The notes under the pieces were generated by a model that was not told where the DNA came from, made no database searches, and saw nothing but the letters and a program-made list of their open reading frames with translations. Below are positions 1 through 12,562 of a DNA stretch of 64,000 bases, piece by piece. Within the stretch, counting starts at the first letter, position 1. Every line of letters begins with the position of its first letter. Both the position numbers and the translations under genes were made by a program. This DNA comes from Eledone cirrhosa (taxonomy: Eukaryota). The stretch is from NCBI GenBank assembly GCA_964016885.1, contig OZ024740.1:156922001-156986000 (forward strand). The letters are read 5' to 3'.

Positions 1-309
1 TTCATGCATACATAAATACATAAATACATACATCTATCTCTCTCTCAATATATATATACATACATGCATATACACATATACACAAGAACATTTACACAAG
101 AAAATACACACACATATATGTACATACATCCATAAATGATACATACATCCATAAATGCATAGATACATAGATACCTCCATAAATACTACATGCATACATA
201 AATACATTCATATACGCATACATGCATACAAACATAACACACACACACATACATACATACATACATACATACATACATACATACATACATACATACATAC
301 ATACATACA
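1..309. repeat. Degenerate then pure (TACA)n microsatellite, 5' flank of an R4/Dong-like insertion
   Basis: Uninterrupted TACA units at about 250-309; decayed units upstream. Confidence 0.95.
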
Positions 310-3300
310 ATGGCGACCGTTGTGGTCAGTGTCCGATAATTGGACGTGTGTAATTACGGCTTACATGAAGGCAACATACCATATATTGGAAAAAGTTGAG
401 CTACATTACGCGGTAAGATTACATACAATAATTCTACATAAGTGTTTGAACTGTAAGTGTGTTGTAAAACACCTATTTATATGAACGATACATACACTTA
501 TGATATATGAACGATACATACACTTTAACATATAAATGCAACGTTGTTATATTACATTTATAAAGAAATATAAAAGTAACGTTTTCGATTCAGAAACAAA
601 AATATAAGTGTTTGAACTGTGAATGTTGTGAATATGTTGTAGAACACCTATTTATATGAATGATACATAAACTTTAACATATAAATACAGCATTGTTATA
701 TTATATTACATTCGTAAAGGAATATACTAAGTAACGGTTCTTTTTGTTCTCGATTCAAACGATTCAAGAACAACGTTTAAAACACAGTTGTAGAATTAAA
801 AACTAACTGAAAAGAAATATTACCCAAGCTGTGAATAACTTTAAATTTGATTCTGACAGAACTTTGTCGTAACTTTTAAAGAAGATCATCGACTATTTAA
901 AAAAAATAAATACAAAATATTAGTGAATAGACGAACTCATCATGGCAAAAAGTACAAGTCTCCTTCGACCAAATCGCAATTACAACCGTTGTATACAGTG
1001 GAGCTACGAGCTTAACAAAGAATTATATGAAGCATACAAACAATCTGAACCCCAAAAGTTCGGTTTTATGCAAAGGCTAAAAACTTTATGGAACTCCAAA
1101 CACCCAGAATTAGACTTTTCTCCAAAGCATCTAAATGAACAGGCAAAACGTATCATTAGATGTAAATTGATACATCTAACGGAATCGAGTGATACTACAA
1201 ATACAGCCCTTGTAGACAACCACCCCACCTCCACTGACAGACAAAGAGAATGGCCGGCTAAATCTAACAGTGAACAGCTCACCAACAATTTTGCTGAAAT
1301 CCATCCCACTTCCACTGAAGAACAGCGAGAAAGGTCAGCTGACTCTAGTAGTAATTGTCACCACATCAACAACGAGGCTGCAATTCATGACTCTACTGAA
1401 CAAACAGAGCACCAAAAACTTGTGGGCACCCTACAAGTGATATGGAACGATATGTTTCAAGAGATACACAGCCTTAATGTGAGTGACAGACCATACAACA
1501 CTAGAGTCAGTAAAGAACCCACTAAATTGGAATTGGAAGCGGTGAACGAAATAGCTGGCAATTATCTGAAGGCTATACGATCTAAAGGTGTAGAAACGAC
1601 ATTTGAAACGCTCAATGTTTTGTTATATGTTTCAGCTGTCACATTGCTATCATATAACACACATCTAAAACCACGCAATCAAGATACAAACAGAAAGCCT
1701 GAACCAGCGTGGATGCGAAATTTAAAAACCAAAATTTTGTCCCTGAGACGAAGTATCTCACACATCGCAGTCGTTATGAAATGCAACATAGAGAGAAACT
1801 TCACACGACACCAGGAAGACCTAAAGAAAAAGTTAGAGAGACGATTTGGAGATACCAAATTTAAAACTTTGAACTCCAAATTACACCAGTTGAAACAACA
1901 ACTCACAGCTACAACAGAAAGACTAAAATATAAGTCAACAGCCCATAAACGACAAGTGCTAAATAGATTGTTTGCCAGAGATCCTAAATCAGTTTATCGC
2001 AGCTTCGGTGGCAAAAGCTCAATCCCTGTAAACGACACCCCTTCAAAAGAACAGGTTGAGAACTACTGGAGATCTGTATGGGAAACGGATGACGGATTCA
2101 ACAGACAAGCTAATTGGCTAAAACAACTGGAACAGGACTACTGCCAACATGTCCAGACAAAACAATATGACATAGATGGGTCAATACTGGAAACAGCTCT
2201 ACAGAAAATGTCGAATAGGAAATCGCCAGGCCCAGACCTCATTACAGGATACTGGTTGAAGAATTTCACTTTCTATCGGCAAGATCTCATACGGCTGTTT
2301 ACAGAAACCATTAAGGGCACACAAGAACTGCCCAGATGGTTATCAACTGCCACTACTCTCCTCATTCCCAAAAATAGCCAAACCACCCTTGCTAAAAATT
2401 ACCGCCCAATTGCCTGCCAAAACATCATGTATAAATTATATACTGGGTGCCTTAACCTGTTCTTACAGGATCACTGTCCTACCAACAACATCATAACACC
2501 TGAGCAAGCTGGTGGAAAGAGGGAGGTGTGGGGTTGCATAGATCACCTACTAACTAACAAAATGATTCAGGAAAAAACAACAAAGAATCGCAGAAACATG
2601 ACTGTCGTGTGGCTGGACTATCAAAAAGCATTTGATAGTGTACCTCATGGGTGGATTATTAAGGCTTTACAGTTAGCTAAAGTCCCACAACCATTGGTAG
2701 CTGCTGTTGAGCGCCTGACCAAGAACTGGTACACCAATTTGATCCTTAGAGGTGAGAAGGAGCAAGTTAAGACTGATAAGATACATTACCAGAAGGGCAT
2801 CTTTCAGGGTGATAGCTTGTCAGTGCTACTCTTCGTTCTCTCACTGAATCCACTATCTTACCTACTCAGGAAACAAGGTGGACAAAGAAGTGGGCCCAGA
2901 AGTATCTCCCATCTTTTCTTTGTTGATGACCTGAAGTTGTATGGGCCAAATATCAATGACATCAAGAAACAATTGGACCTCATTACACAATTTTCAACCG
3001 ACATCAAAATGAAATTTGGTGAGTCCAAGTGTGCATATTTGGCAGTAAAACGTGGAAGAGCTGTGCCCTCCTCTAGAAATCTAGATAGGAACGGCCTGAC
3101 AATACAACCTCTGCAGTCAGGTGTCAACTACAGATATCTTGGACAGGATGAGAATGTCAGATATGATGGACCCATAAATAAGGAGAGAACCAGAACTGAA
3201 TACCTCAGAAGAGTAAAAAAAATATGGTCATCAGAACTGTCAGCATACAACAAATACATTGCCCACAATACCTATGCTGTGCCAATTATAACGCCAACAT

Positions 3301-4531
3301 TTGGCCTACTGAACTGGTCATTGCAAGAACTAAGTGAGATGGATGTTAGAACTCGTAAACTTCTCAGTGTTACTGGGAACTTTAACATCAATGGTGATGT
3401 GGATAGGCTATACTTCTCACGCAAGGAAGGTGGCCGGGATCTAAAATCAATATTAACAACATATGAGACCCGGATAGTAACACTGAAGCAACACCTTCAA
3501 CAGAGGAAAAAGGTTGGCGACCATCTTGCTCAGGTTTATGAGCATGAAAAAAGAAATATCATTAGAATAGCGACTGATCTGGAGGAGAGATATGGAATAA
3601 AGCCTGATATAAATCTCTCACCCAGAGAAATCGGAAGATCCTATTCAATGTTCAAACAAGAAAAAAAAATTGACCAATTTACAGAGAAAGTTGTGCATGG
3701 ATACTTGAGGCGTAAAACACAGACCATAGAGGGGATAAACCACTCAAAAAGCCTGGCATGGAGTTCCGACAAGTTTATGACATCACACCTTGAGGGATAT
3801 CTCTATGCAATACAGGAACAAGAACTCCCTACCAAATATCTGCTGCACAAAAGAGGAGGGCCAGCAGCTGACAATAAATGTAGGCTATGTAAAACAAAGA
3901 TCGAGGATGTAAGCCACATTGTTGCCAGCTGCGAAAGAATGTCATCTCGCTACTACCTCCTCATGAGACACGATGGGATAGCTAGAACTATCTGGAACGC
4001 ACTTCGGAAAACAAAATTAACAACAAACGAGGAAGAATATATTGAGACAGATGGCACTAAGGAATACTGGTGGAACCTGAAAATAAAAACTGCCACCAAA
4101 TTAAAGCACAACCGGCCTGATATTGTAGTTTGGGACCACACATTGAAAACGTGTTCTGTTGTGGAGATCAGCTGCCCACTTGATGTAAACGTTGTCAGAA
4201 AAATACAGGAGAAGGAGGACATCTATGGACCATTGATGAGGAGCTTACAAATCCAGTATCCAAGATACACCTTTAGCTTCATACCCATCATTATTGGTGC
4301 TACGGGTTATATACCAATCCGCTTGGACCAAAGTATGACCGAACTTGGATTTGCGGACAAAAAGCGCAGCTCCCTAATTCATAGTCTACAAATGGCTGCG
4401 ATAGCTGGCACCTTCAAAATATGCAAAACATTCTTGCGATTCAAGGGATGACAATTTCTTTTCTTTTACAACCTTGCCACCAGGAAGGTGGCCGGTCAAA
4501 AAAATATACTCGAAATTAAGAGAAAGAGAAA
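310..4531 (+). mobile_element. Full-length R4/Dong-clade non-LTR retrotransposon (family A) inserted in (TACA)n
   Basis: About 630-bp 5' UTR with an internal repeat (ataagtgtttgaactg...aacacctatttatatgaa at ~439 and ~604), single RT-RLE ORF, ~80-bp 3' UTR, TACA arrays on both sides. Confidence 0.9.
942..4451 (+). CDS. Reverse transcriptase plus restriction-like endonuclease polyprotein (1169 aa, uninterrupted)
   Basis: Motifs KSPGPD, NYRPIAC, LDYQKAFDSVPH, GIFQGDSLS, LFFVDD, YRYLG; CCHC knuckle CRLC-x8-H-x4-C; RHD; PD-(D/E)xK nuclease RPDIVV...VEISCP...KEDIY. No APE domain. Confidence 0.93.
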   Translation: MAKSTSLLRPNRNYNRCIQWSYELNKELYEAYKQSEPQKFGFMQRLKTLWNSKHPELDFSPKHLNEQAKRIIRCKLIHLTESSDTTNTALVDNHPTSTDRQREWPAKSNSEQLTNNFAEIHPTSTEEQRERSADSSSNCHHINNEAAIHDSTEQTEHQKLVGTLQVIWNDMFQEIHSLNVSDRPYNTRVSKEPTKLELEAVNEIAGNYLKAIRSKGVETTFETLNVLLYVSAVTLLSYNTHLKPRNQDTNRKPEPAWMRNLKTKILSLRRSISHIAVVMKCNIERNFTRHQEDLKKKLERRFGDTKFKTLNSKLHQLKQQLTATTERLKYKSTAHKRQVLNRLFARDPKSVYRSFGGKSSIPVNDTPSKEQVENYWRSVWETDDGFNRQANWLKQLEQDYCQHVQTKQYDIDGSILETALQKMSNRKSPGPDLITGYWLKNFTFYRQDLIRLFTETIKGTQELPRWLSTATTLLIPKNSQTTLAKNYRPIACQNIMYKLYTGCLNLFLQDHCPTNNIITPEQAGGKREVWGCIDHLLTNKMIQEKTTKNRRNMTVVWLDYQKAFDSVPHGWIIKALQLAKVPQPLVAAVERLTKNWYTNLILRGEKEQVKTDKIHYQKGIFQGDSLSVLLFVLSLNPLSYLLRKQGGQRSGPRSISHLFFVDDLKLYGPNINDIKKQLDLITQFSTDIKMKFGESKCAYLAVKRGRAVPSSRNLDRNGLTIQPLQSGVNYRYLGQDENVRYDGPINKERTRTEYLRRVKKIWSSELSAYNKYIAHNTYAVPIITPTFGLLNWSLQELSEMDVRTRKLLSVTGNFNINGDVDRLYFSRKEGGRDLKSILTTYETRIVTLKQHLQQRKKVGDHLAQVYEHEKRNIIRIATDLEERYGIKPDINLSPREIGRSYSMFKQEKKIDQFTEKVVHGYLRRKTQTIEGINHSKSLAWSSDKFMTSHLEGYLYAIQEQELPTKYLLHKRGGPAADNKCRLCKTKIEDVSHIVASCERMSSRYYLLMRHDGIARTIWNALRKTKLTTNEEEYIETDGTKEYWWNLKIKTATKLKHNRPDIVVWDHTLKTCSVVEISCPLDVNVVRKIQEKEDIYGPLMRSLQIQYPRYTFSFIPIIIGATGYIPIRLDQSMTELGFADKKRSSLIHSLQMAAIAGTFKICKTFLRFKG

Positions 4532-4567
4532 ACATACATACATACATACATACATACATACATACAT

Positions 4568-5157
4568 GGTGGCTGCCAACTCGTTTTCGAGTACGGCCAC
4601 TACTTTATATCCATGTAGGAGAACTCCTACCGATGCGCTGAACAAGCGTGACTTTTTAGTCCAGCCAGCGACTTGAAAACTCTGGTACAAACACTACACT
4701 TGTGACAATTATTGACACATGGTACCATGTAACGACAAGTGCAGAGAGATCTCCAGACATAAAGCAATGCCTGTGCCGTGAAGCTTTTATAGTGAGCAAA
4801 GGCACTGCACAAAGCCAGTCCCACTCTCTTAACCAAGATGATATTTACCAAAAAGAATAACAAGTCAACATCATTGGATACCATCAGAGTTGCAGGTGTT
4901 ATATCAGAGTTTGCCTTCTCCTAGAATTCTGCCTTGACAAAGGCTAAGGGGTCATTTCTCCCGGTGATTTTGGATGGCCATTGACTCTTAAGAGCTCCTT
5001 TTCCCTTTGACAGGTTTTGTTTTTAGTCCTGCAGGATGTCCAAAGTCACCCTCCTCACCAAGAAACCTTGGTGGGGTTGCAAGTTTAGTCGCCAACGACC
5101 CGACCATGAGACAGGTTGTACTGGGATACATGTTACCAGTAGCACCAACTGGTGACC
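4568..5157 (-). mobile_element. Short non-autonomous RTE-derived element (5' UTR fused to 3' end), flanked by (ATGT)n on both sides
   Basis: The 3' part encodes a C2H2 remnant (CSVCTRVFKSLAGLKSH) like the last finger of the RTE at 5413. Its terminus (tggccgtactcgaaaacgagttggcagccacc) resembles that RTE's terminus (tggccatactcgataacgagggggcagccatc). The 5' part is GC-richer and hairpin-rich. Confidence 0.7.
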
Positions 5158-5231
5158 ATACATACATACATACATACATACATACATACATACATACATA
5201 CATACATACATACATAACATGCATGAATACA

Positions 5232-5335
5232 TGATGGCTGCCCCCTCGTTATCGAGTATGGCCATTGCACGAGAAAAAAGAAAAAAACATAGTAATAACA
5301 ATAATAATAATAATAACAACAATAATAATAACGAC

Positions 5336-5367
<32 letters not shown>

Positions 5368-7268
5368 CACACGCACATACATAAACATATCTATACACAT
5401 ACACGATAGCAATTAACAGCGCTGCGATTGAATATGGCTCTTTATCCCAGCCAATGATCTAAAATGTCTTGCACAGAGTCGGCAGCCAAAACATTCACTG
5501 GGAATAGCCGGCTGTGGTTGGAGTTCGTGTACTTTTGCATGTCGTTTGAGCCCTCCTGCTGATTTACATTCTCTACCACATGCTTGGCAAACGTGATGAG
5601 TAGCATCTCCAACAGCAGCCTGGTAGTCAACCACTGGTCTTACTTTATGACTGCGAAGATGACTTTCGCGTCCAGCTTTGCTTAGGCAGAGTCTCGCACA
5701 GACGCTGCATGTCAGCACCATAGGTAGGACCTTCGCTGTCTGGAAGTGCAAGAGCAATGCCCTTCCTCATATCCCGCTTTACTTTCTCGTATGCGATTCG
5801 AGATGCCTCAAAGGCAACTTTTCCCTCAAATACAGTCTTTCTCCATTTATTACGATCAGCAACAATATTCTCCCATGTATCAGCAGAGATGTTAGCGTCT
5901 TTCAGAGAGGCTTTCAAGGAATCCTTATACCTCTTTTTTGGTTTATGTGGCGGTCGTTTTCCTTTAACTAACTCTCCATAAAAGAGTTGTTTTGGTATTC
6001 TAGAATCCTTCATCCTAGCAAGGTGACCACTCCAACGGAGTCGTTGCTTAAGCACAAGAGCTTCTATACTGTCACACATAGAGCTTTCCAAAATCTCGAC
6101 ATCACTGATGTGGTGCCTCCAGTGAACACCATGGATCCGTCTGAGACACATCTGATGGAAACGTTCCAATTGCTTAAGGTGGTGTCGATATGTGACCCAG
6201 GTCTCGCAGGCATAAAGAAGAGAAGAGAGCACACATGCCTTGTACACCTTTACCTTTGTCTTCTTGCATATGCCTCGCCGACCCCAGAGTCGCCTTTCTA
6301 GCTTTCCTAAAGCATCACTTGCTTTCCTAATCCTGAGTGGGATTTCACTATCAAGGTTGCTGTATCGATTGACAGTGCTTCCCAGGTAGACAAACTGATC
6401 AACCACTCCAAGTCGTTGGTTCACTGTACTGCTTACCAGGGAGAGGTTGGTACATGACGACGGTCTTCTTGAGACTGACAGTCAATCCTAGGGCAGTGCA
6501 AGCATCAGAAAATGCATTCAAAATGTGCTGCATATCACTCTCTGTGTGCGCTACAAGATCGCAATCATCTGCATACAAGAAGTCTCTTATGATTGATGTA
6601 AATACTTTTGTTTTTGCAGCAAAGCGCCTGATGTTAAATATGCTGCCTCGGGTTCGATATCGGATATAAACACCATGCTCGCAATTCCTGAATGCAATAC
6701 AGAAAACCATTGCAAAGTATATGGCAAACAGGGTCGGTGCTGGAATATCCCTCTGTTTCACTCCGTTTCTTACTGAGATAGGCTCCAACATGTTACCTCC
6801 GACATTAACCCAAGCCTTTATGTCGTCATGGATAGACCTAACTAAAGCAAGGAAATTATCAGGGCAACCAAGTTTATGGAGAACCTTCCATAATGCATTA
6901 CTGTTAACAGTATCGAAAACTTTTGTTAGATCGACAAAAACCTGATACAGATCCAAACCTTGTTCCATGCATTTCTCCTGGAACTGTCTAGCTGAGATCA
7001 TATCAGTAGGGCCGCGTCCAGCACGAAAACCAGAGATTGACTTTCAGGAAGAACACAATTTGCAATATGTGTCAGCAGACGGTCCAGAAGCACCCTACAT
7101 AAAACTTTTCCTACGATAGAAAGCAATGATATACCTCTGTAGATTCCCACAATCATTCCTGTTACCCTTTCCCTTGTACAAGACCACCATTACTGCATCT
7201 ATCCAGTCCTCAGGTACGGATTCATTAGCCCATATCCTGCCAAACAAAGAGTGATGTCGAGATTTTGG
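5232..7268 (-). pseudogene. 5'-truncated, frameshifted RTE-clade LINE with C-terminal C2H2 zinc fingers and (ATGT)n tail
   Basis: Fragments YRGISLLS, FVDLTKVFDTV, GVKQRD, FLYADD, FVYLGS, LLYACETW, LRWSGHLARM, RIPKQLFYGEL and three C2H2 fingers (ORFs 6399-7001, 5645-6424, 5413-5757). Confidence 0.9.
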
Positions 7269-7269
7269 A

Positions 7270-10200
7270 AAAACGTATCATTAGATGTAAATTGATACAT
7301 CTAACGGAATCGAGTGATACTACAAATACAGCCCTTGTAGACAACCACCCCACCTCCACTGACAGACAAAGAGAATGGCCAGCTAAATCTAACAGTGAAC
7401 AGCTCACCAACAATTTTGCTGAAATTCATCCCACTTCCACTGAAGAACAGCGAGAAAGGTCAGCTGACTCTAGTAGTAATTGTCACCACATCAACAACGA
7501 GGCTGAAATTCATGACTCTACTGAACAAACAGAGCACCAAAAACTTGTGGGCTCCCTACAAGTGATATGGAATGATATGTTTCAAGAGATACACAGCCTT
7601 AATGTGAGTGACAGACCATACAACACTAGAGTCAGTAAAGAACCCACTAAATTGGAATTGGAAGCGGTGAACGAAATAGCTGGCAATTATCTGAAGGCTA
7701 TACGATCTAAAGGTGTAGAAACGACATTTGAAACTCTTAATGTTTTGTTATATGTTTCAGCTGTTACATTGCTATCATATAACACACATCTAAAACCACG
7801 CAATCAAGATACAAACAGAAAGCCTGAACCAGCGTGGATGCGAAATTTAAAAACCAAAATTTTGTCCCTGAGACGAAGTATCTCACACATCGCAGTCGTT
7901 ATGAAATGTAACATAGAGAGCAACTTCACACAACACCAGGAAGACCTAAAGAAAAAGTTAGAGAGAAGATTTGGAGATACAAAATTTAAAACTTTGAACT
8001 CCAAATTACACCAGTTGAAACAACAACTCACAGCTACAACAGAAAGACTAAAATATAAGTCAACAGCACATAAACGACAAGTGCTAAATAGATTGTTTGC
8101 CAGAGATCCTAAATCAGTTTATCGCAGCTTCGGTGGCAAAAGCTCAATCTCTGTAAATGACACCCCTTCAAAAGAACAGGTTGAGAGCTACTGGAGATCT
8201 GTATGGGAAACGGATGACGGATTCAACAGACAAGCTAATTGGCTAAAAGAACTGGAACAGGACTACTGCCAACATGTCCAGACAAAACAATATGACATAG
8301 ATGGGTCAATACTGGAAACAGCTCTACAGAAAATGTCGAATAGGAAATCGCCAGGCCCAGACCTCATTACAGGATACTGGTTGAAGAATTTCACTTTCTA
8401 TCGGCAAGATCTCATACGGCTGTTTACAGAAACCATTAAGGGCACACAAGAACTGCCCAGATGGTTATCAACTGCCTCTACTCTCCTCATTCCCCAAAAT
8501 AGCCAAACCACCCTTGCTAAAAATTACCGCCCAATTGCCTGCCAAAACATCATGTATAAATTATATACTGGGTGCCTTAACCTGTTCTTACAGGATCACT
8601 GTGCTACCAACAACATCATAACACCTGAGCAGGCTGGTGGAAAGAGGGAGGTGTGGGGTTGCATAGATCACCTACTAACTAACAAAATGATTCAGGAAAA
8701 AACAACAAAGAATCGCAGAAACATGACTGTCGTGTGGCTGGACTATCAAAAAGCATTTGATAGTGTACCTCATGGGTGGATTGTTAAGGCTTTACAGTTA
8801 GCTAAAGTCCCACAACCATTGGTAGCTGCCGTTGAACGCCTGACCAAGAACTGGTACACCAGTTTGATCCTTAGAGGTGAGAAGGAGCAGGTTAAGACTG
8901 ATAAGATACATTACCAGAAGGGCATCTTTCAGCGTGATAGCTTGTCAGTGCTACTCCTCGTTCTCTCACTGAATCCACTAGCTTACCAACTCAGGAAACA
9001 AGGTGGACAAAGAAGTGGGACCAGAAGTATCTCCCATCTTTTCTTTGTTGATGACCTGAAGTTGTATGGGCCAAATATCAATGACATCAAGAAACAATTG
9101 GACCTCATTACTAAGTGAGATGGATGTTAGAACTCGAAAACTTCTCAGTGTTACTGGGAACTTTAACATCAATGGTGATGTGGATAGGCTATACTTCTCA
9201 CGCAAGGAAGGTGGCCGGGGTCTAAAATCAATATTAACAACATATGAGACCCGGATAGTGACACTGAAGCAACACCTTCAACAGAGGAAAAAGGTTGGCA
9301 ACCATCTTGCCCAGGTTTATGACCATGAAAAAAGAAATATCATTAGAATAGCGACTGATCTGGAGGAGAGATATGGAATAAAGCCTGATATAAATCTCTC
9401 ACCCAGAGAAATCGGAAGATCCTATTCAATGTTCAAACAAGAGAAAAAAATTGACCAATTTACAGAAAAAGTTGTGCATGGATACTTGAGGCGTAAAACA
9501 CAGACCATAGAGGGGATAAACCACTCAAAAAGCCTGGCATGGAGTTCCGACAAGTTTATGACATCACACCTTGAGGGATATCTCTATGCAATACAGGAAC
9601 AAGAACTCCCTACCAAATATCTGCTTCACAAAAGAGGAGGGCCAGCAGCTGACAATAAATGTAGGCTATGTAAAACAAAGATCGAGGATGTAAGCCACAT
9701 TGTTGCCGGCTGCGAAAGAATGTCATCTCGCTACTACCTCCTCATGAGACACGATGGGATAGCTAGAACCATCTGGAACGCACTTCGGAAAACAAAATTA
9801 ACAACAAACGAGGAAGAATATATTGAGACAGATGGCACTAAGGAATACTGGTGGAACCTGAAAATAAAAACTGCCACCAAATTAAAGCACAACCGGCCTG
9901 ATGTTGTAGTTTGGGATCACACATTGAAAACGTGTTCTGTTGTGGAGATCAGCTGCCCACTTGATGTAAACGTTGTCAGAAAAATACAGGAGAAGGAGGA
10001 CATCTACGGACCATTGATGAGGAGTTTACAAATCCAGTATCCAAGATACACCTTTATCTTCATACCCATCATTATTGGTGCTACGGGTTATATACCAACC
10101 CGCTTGGACCAAAGTATGACTGAACTTGGATTTGCGGACAAAAAGCGCAGCTCCCTAATTCATAGTCTACAAATGGCTGCGATAGCTGGCACCTTCAACA

Positions 10201-10284
10201 TTTGCAAAACATTCTTGCGATTCAAGGGATGACAATTTCTTTTCTTTTACAAAAAAATATACTCGAAATTAAGAGAAAGAGAAA
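7270..10284 (+). mobile_element. R4/Dong family A copy 2: 5'-truncated, ~345-bp internal deletion at ~9110, 3' UTR deletion
   Basis: Near-identical to 1145-4531. The junction ctcattac|taagtgag skips about 2989-3330 of copy 1. QGD is changed to QRD. Ends in a TACA array. Confidence 0.93.
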
Positions 10285-10295
10285 ACATACACACA

Positions 10296-10326
<31 letters not shown>

Positions 10327-10358
10327 CATACATACATACATACATACAGACATACATA

Positions 10359-10755
10359 ATTTATGCCTGTGATTATTGGGGAACTGGGGTATGTTAGTAA
10401 CTGTCTCAATACAAATCTTGAGAAGCGAGGGTTCAGAGGAACAGAAAGAACACGACTAGTTAGGAAATTACAAGTACAATCCATTAATGGAACAGTAAAA
10501 ATATGTAAAGCATTCCAAAAATGTTGCATCTAATAACTGCATATACACATGTACAGATGCAAAGCATATACACATGCACACATACAACTCAAAACATACA
10601 CATCCACACATACAATAACATCCATATTTACACATGCATGCATACATAATCTACCTAGTTGATGTGTAAATTCCAATGAGAGAGTCTTGTGTCTATGTTA
10701 GAAACCGGCTCTCTCTCTACTGGTAAAATTTTGTGAAATTATAAAACCAGAAGAA
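10359..10755 (+). mobile_element. R4/Dong family B, short 3' fragment in (TACA)n
   Basis: Matches 45098-45498; encodes FMPVIIGELGYV...VKICKAFQKCCI; TACA arrays on both sides. Confidence 0.88.
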
Positions 10756-10798
10756 CATACATACATAACACACACACATACATACATACATACATACA

Positions 10799-10829
<31 letters not shown>

Positions 10830-10849
10830 TCATACATACATACATACAT

Positions 10850-10880
<31 letters not shown>

Positions 10881-10897
10881 TACATACATACATAACA

Positions 10898-12545
10898 CAG
10901 GGTGATAGCTTGTCAGTGCTACTCTTCGTTCTCTCACTAAATCCACTATCTTACCAACTCAGGAAACAAGGTGGACAAAGAAGTGGGTCCAGAAGTATCT
11001 CCCATCTTTTCTTTGTTGATGACCTGAAGTTGTATGGGCCAAATATCAATGACATCAAGAAACAATTGGACCTCATTACACAATTTTCAACAGACATAAA
11101 AATGAAATTTGGTGAGTCCAAGTGTGCATATTTGGCAGTAAAACGTGGAAGAGCTGTACCCTCCTCTAGAAATCTAGAGATGAATGGCCTGACAATACAA
11201 CCTCTACAGTCAGGTGACAACTACAGATATCTTGTACAGGATGAGGACACATAAATAAGGAGAGAACCAGAACTGAATACCTTAGAAGAGTAAAGAAAAT
11301 ATGGTTATCAGAACTGTCAGCATACAACAAATACATTGCCCACAATACTTATGCTGTGCCAATTCTAACGCCAACATTTGGCCTGCTGAACTGGTCATTG
11401 CAAGAGCTAAGTGAGATGGATGTTAGAACTCGCAAACTTTTCAGTGTTACTGGGAACTTTAACATCAATGGTGATGTGGATAGGCTATACTTCTCACGCA
11501 AGGAAGGTGGCATCATATGAGACCCGGATAGTAACACTGAAGCAACATCTTCAACAGAGGAAAAAGGTTGGCAACCATCTTGCCCAGGTTTATGAGCATG
11601 AAAAAAAATATCATTAGGATAGCCATTGATCTGGAGGAGAGATATGGAATAAAGCCTGATATAAATCTCTCACCCAGAGAAATCGGAAGATCCCATTCAA
11701 TGTTCAAACAAGATGAAAAAATTGACCAATTTACAGAAAAAGTTGTGCATGGATACTTGAGATACCACTCAAAAAGCCTGGCATGGAGTTCCGACAAGTT
11801 TATGACATCGCACCTTGAGGGATATCTCTATGAAATACAGGAACAAGAACTCCCTACCAAATATCTGCTGCACAAAAGGGGAGGGCCATGAGCTGACAAT
11901 AAATGTAGGCTATGTAAAACAAAGATCGAGGATGTAAGCCACATTGTTGCCAGCTGCGAAAGAATGTCATCTCGCTACTACCTCCTCATGAAATACGATG
12001 GGATAGCTAGAACCATCTGGAACGCACTTCGGAAAACAAAATTAACAACAAACGAGGAAGAATATATTGAGACAGATGGCACTAAGGAATACTGGTGGAA
12101 CCTGAAAATAAAAACTGCCACCAAATTAAAGCAAAACCGGCCTGATATTGTTGTTTGGGAACACACATTGAAAACGTGTTCTGTTGAGGAGATCAGCTGC
12201 CTACTTGTCAGAAAATACAGGAGAAGGAGGACATCTACGGACCATTGAAGAGGAGTTTACAAATCCAGTATCCAAGATACACCTTTAGCTTCATACCCAT
12301 CATTATTGGAGCTACAGGTTATATACCAACCCGCTTGGACCAAAGTATGACTGAACTTGGATTTGCGGACAAAGAGCGCATCTCCCTAATTCATAGTCTA
12401 CAAATGGCTGCGATAGCTGGCACCTTCAACATTTGCAAAATATTCTTGCGATTCAAGGGATGACAATTTCTTTTCTTTTACTACCTTGCCACCAGGAAGG
12501 TGGCCGGTCAAAAAGAATATACTCGAAATTAAGAGAAAGAGATAA
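10898..12545 (+). mobile_element. R4/Dong family A copy 3: 5'-truncated, several small deletions and stops
   Basis: Starts at QGDSLS, collinear with 2806-4531 apart from short deletions; flanked by TACA/GACA repeats. Confidence 0.92.
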
Positions 12546-12562
12546 CATAACACACATACATA

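Noticed and set aside
5020-5157. HDV-like ribozyme in the RTE 5' UTR (ggtcacc/ggtgact pairing)
   Set aside because: Could not build the nested P2/P3/P1.1 pseudoknot by eye; needs an RNArobo or Infernal search.
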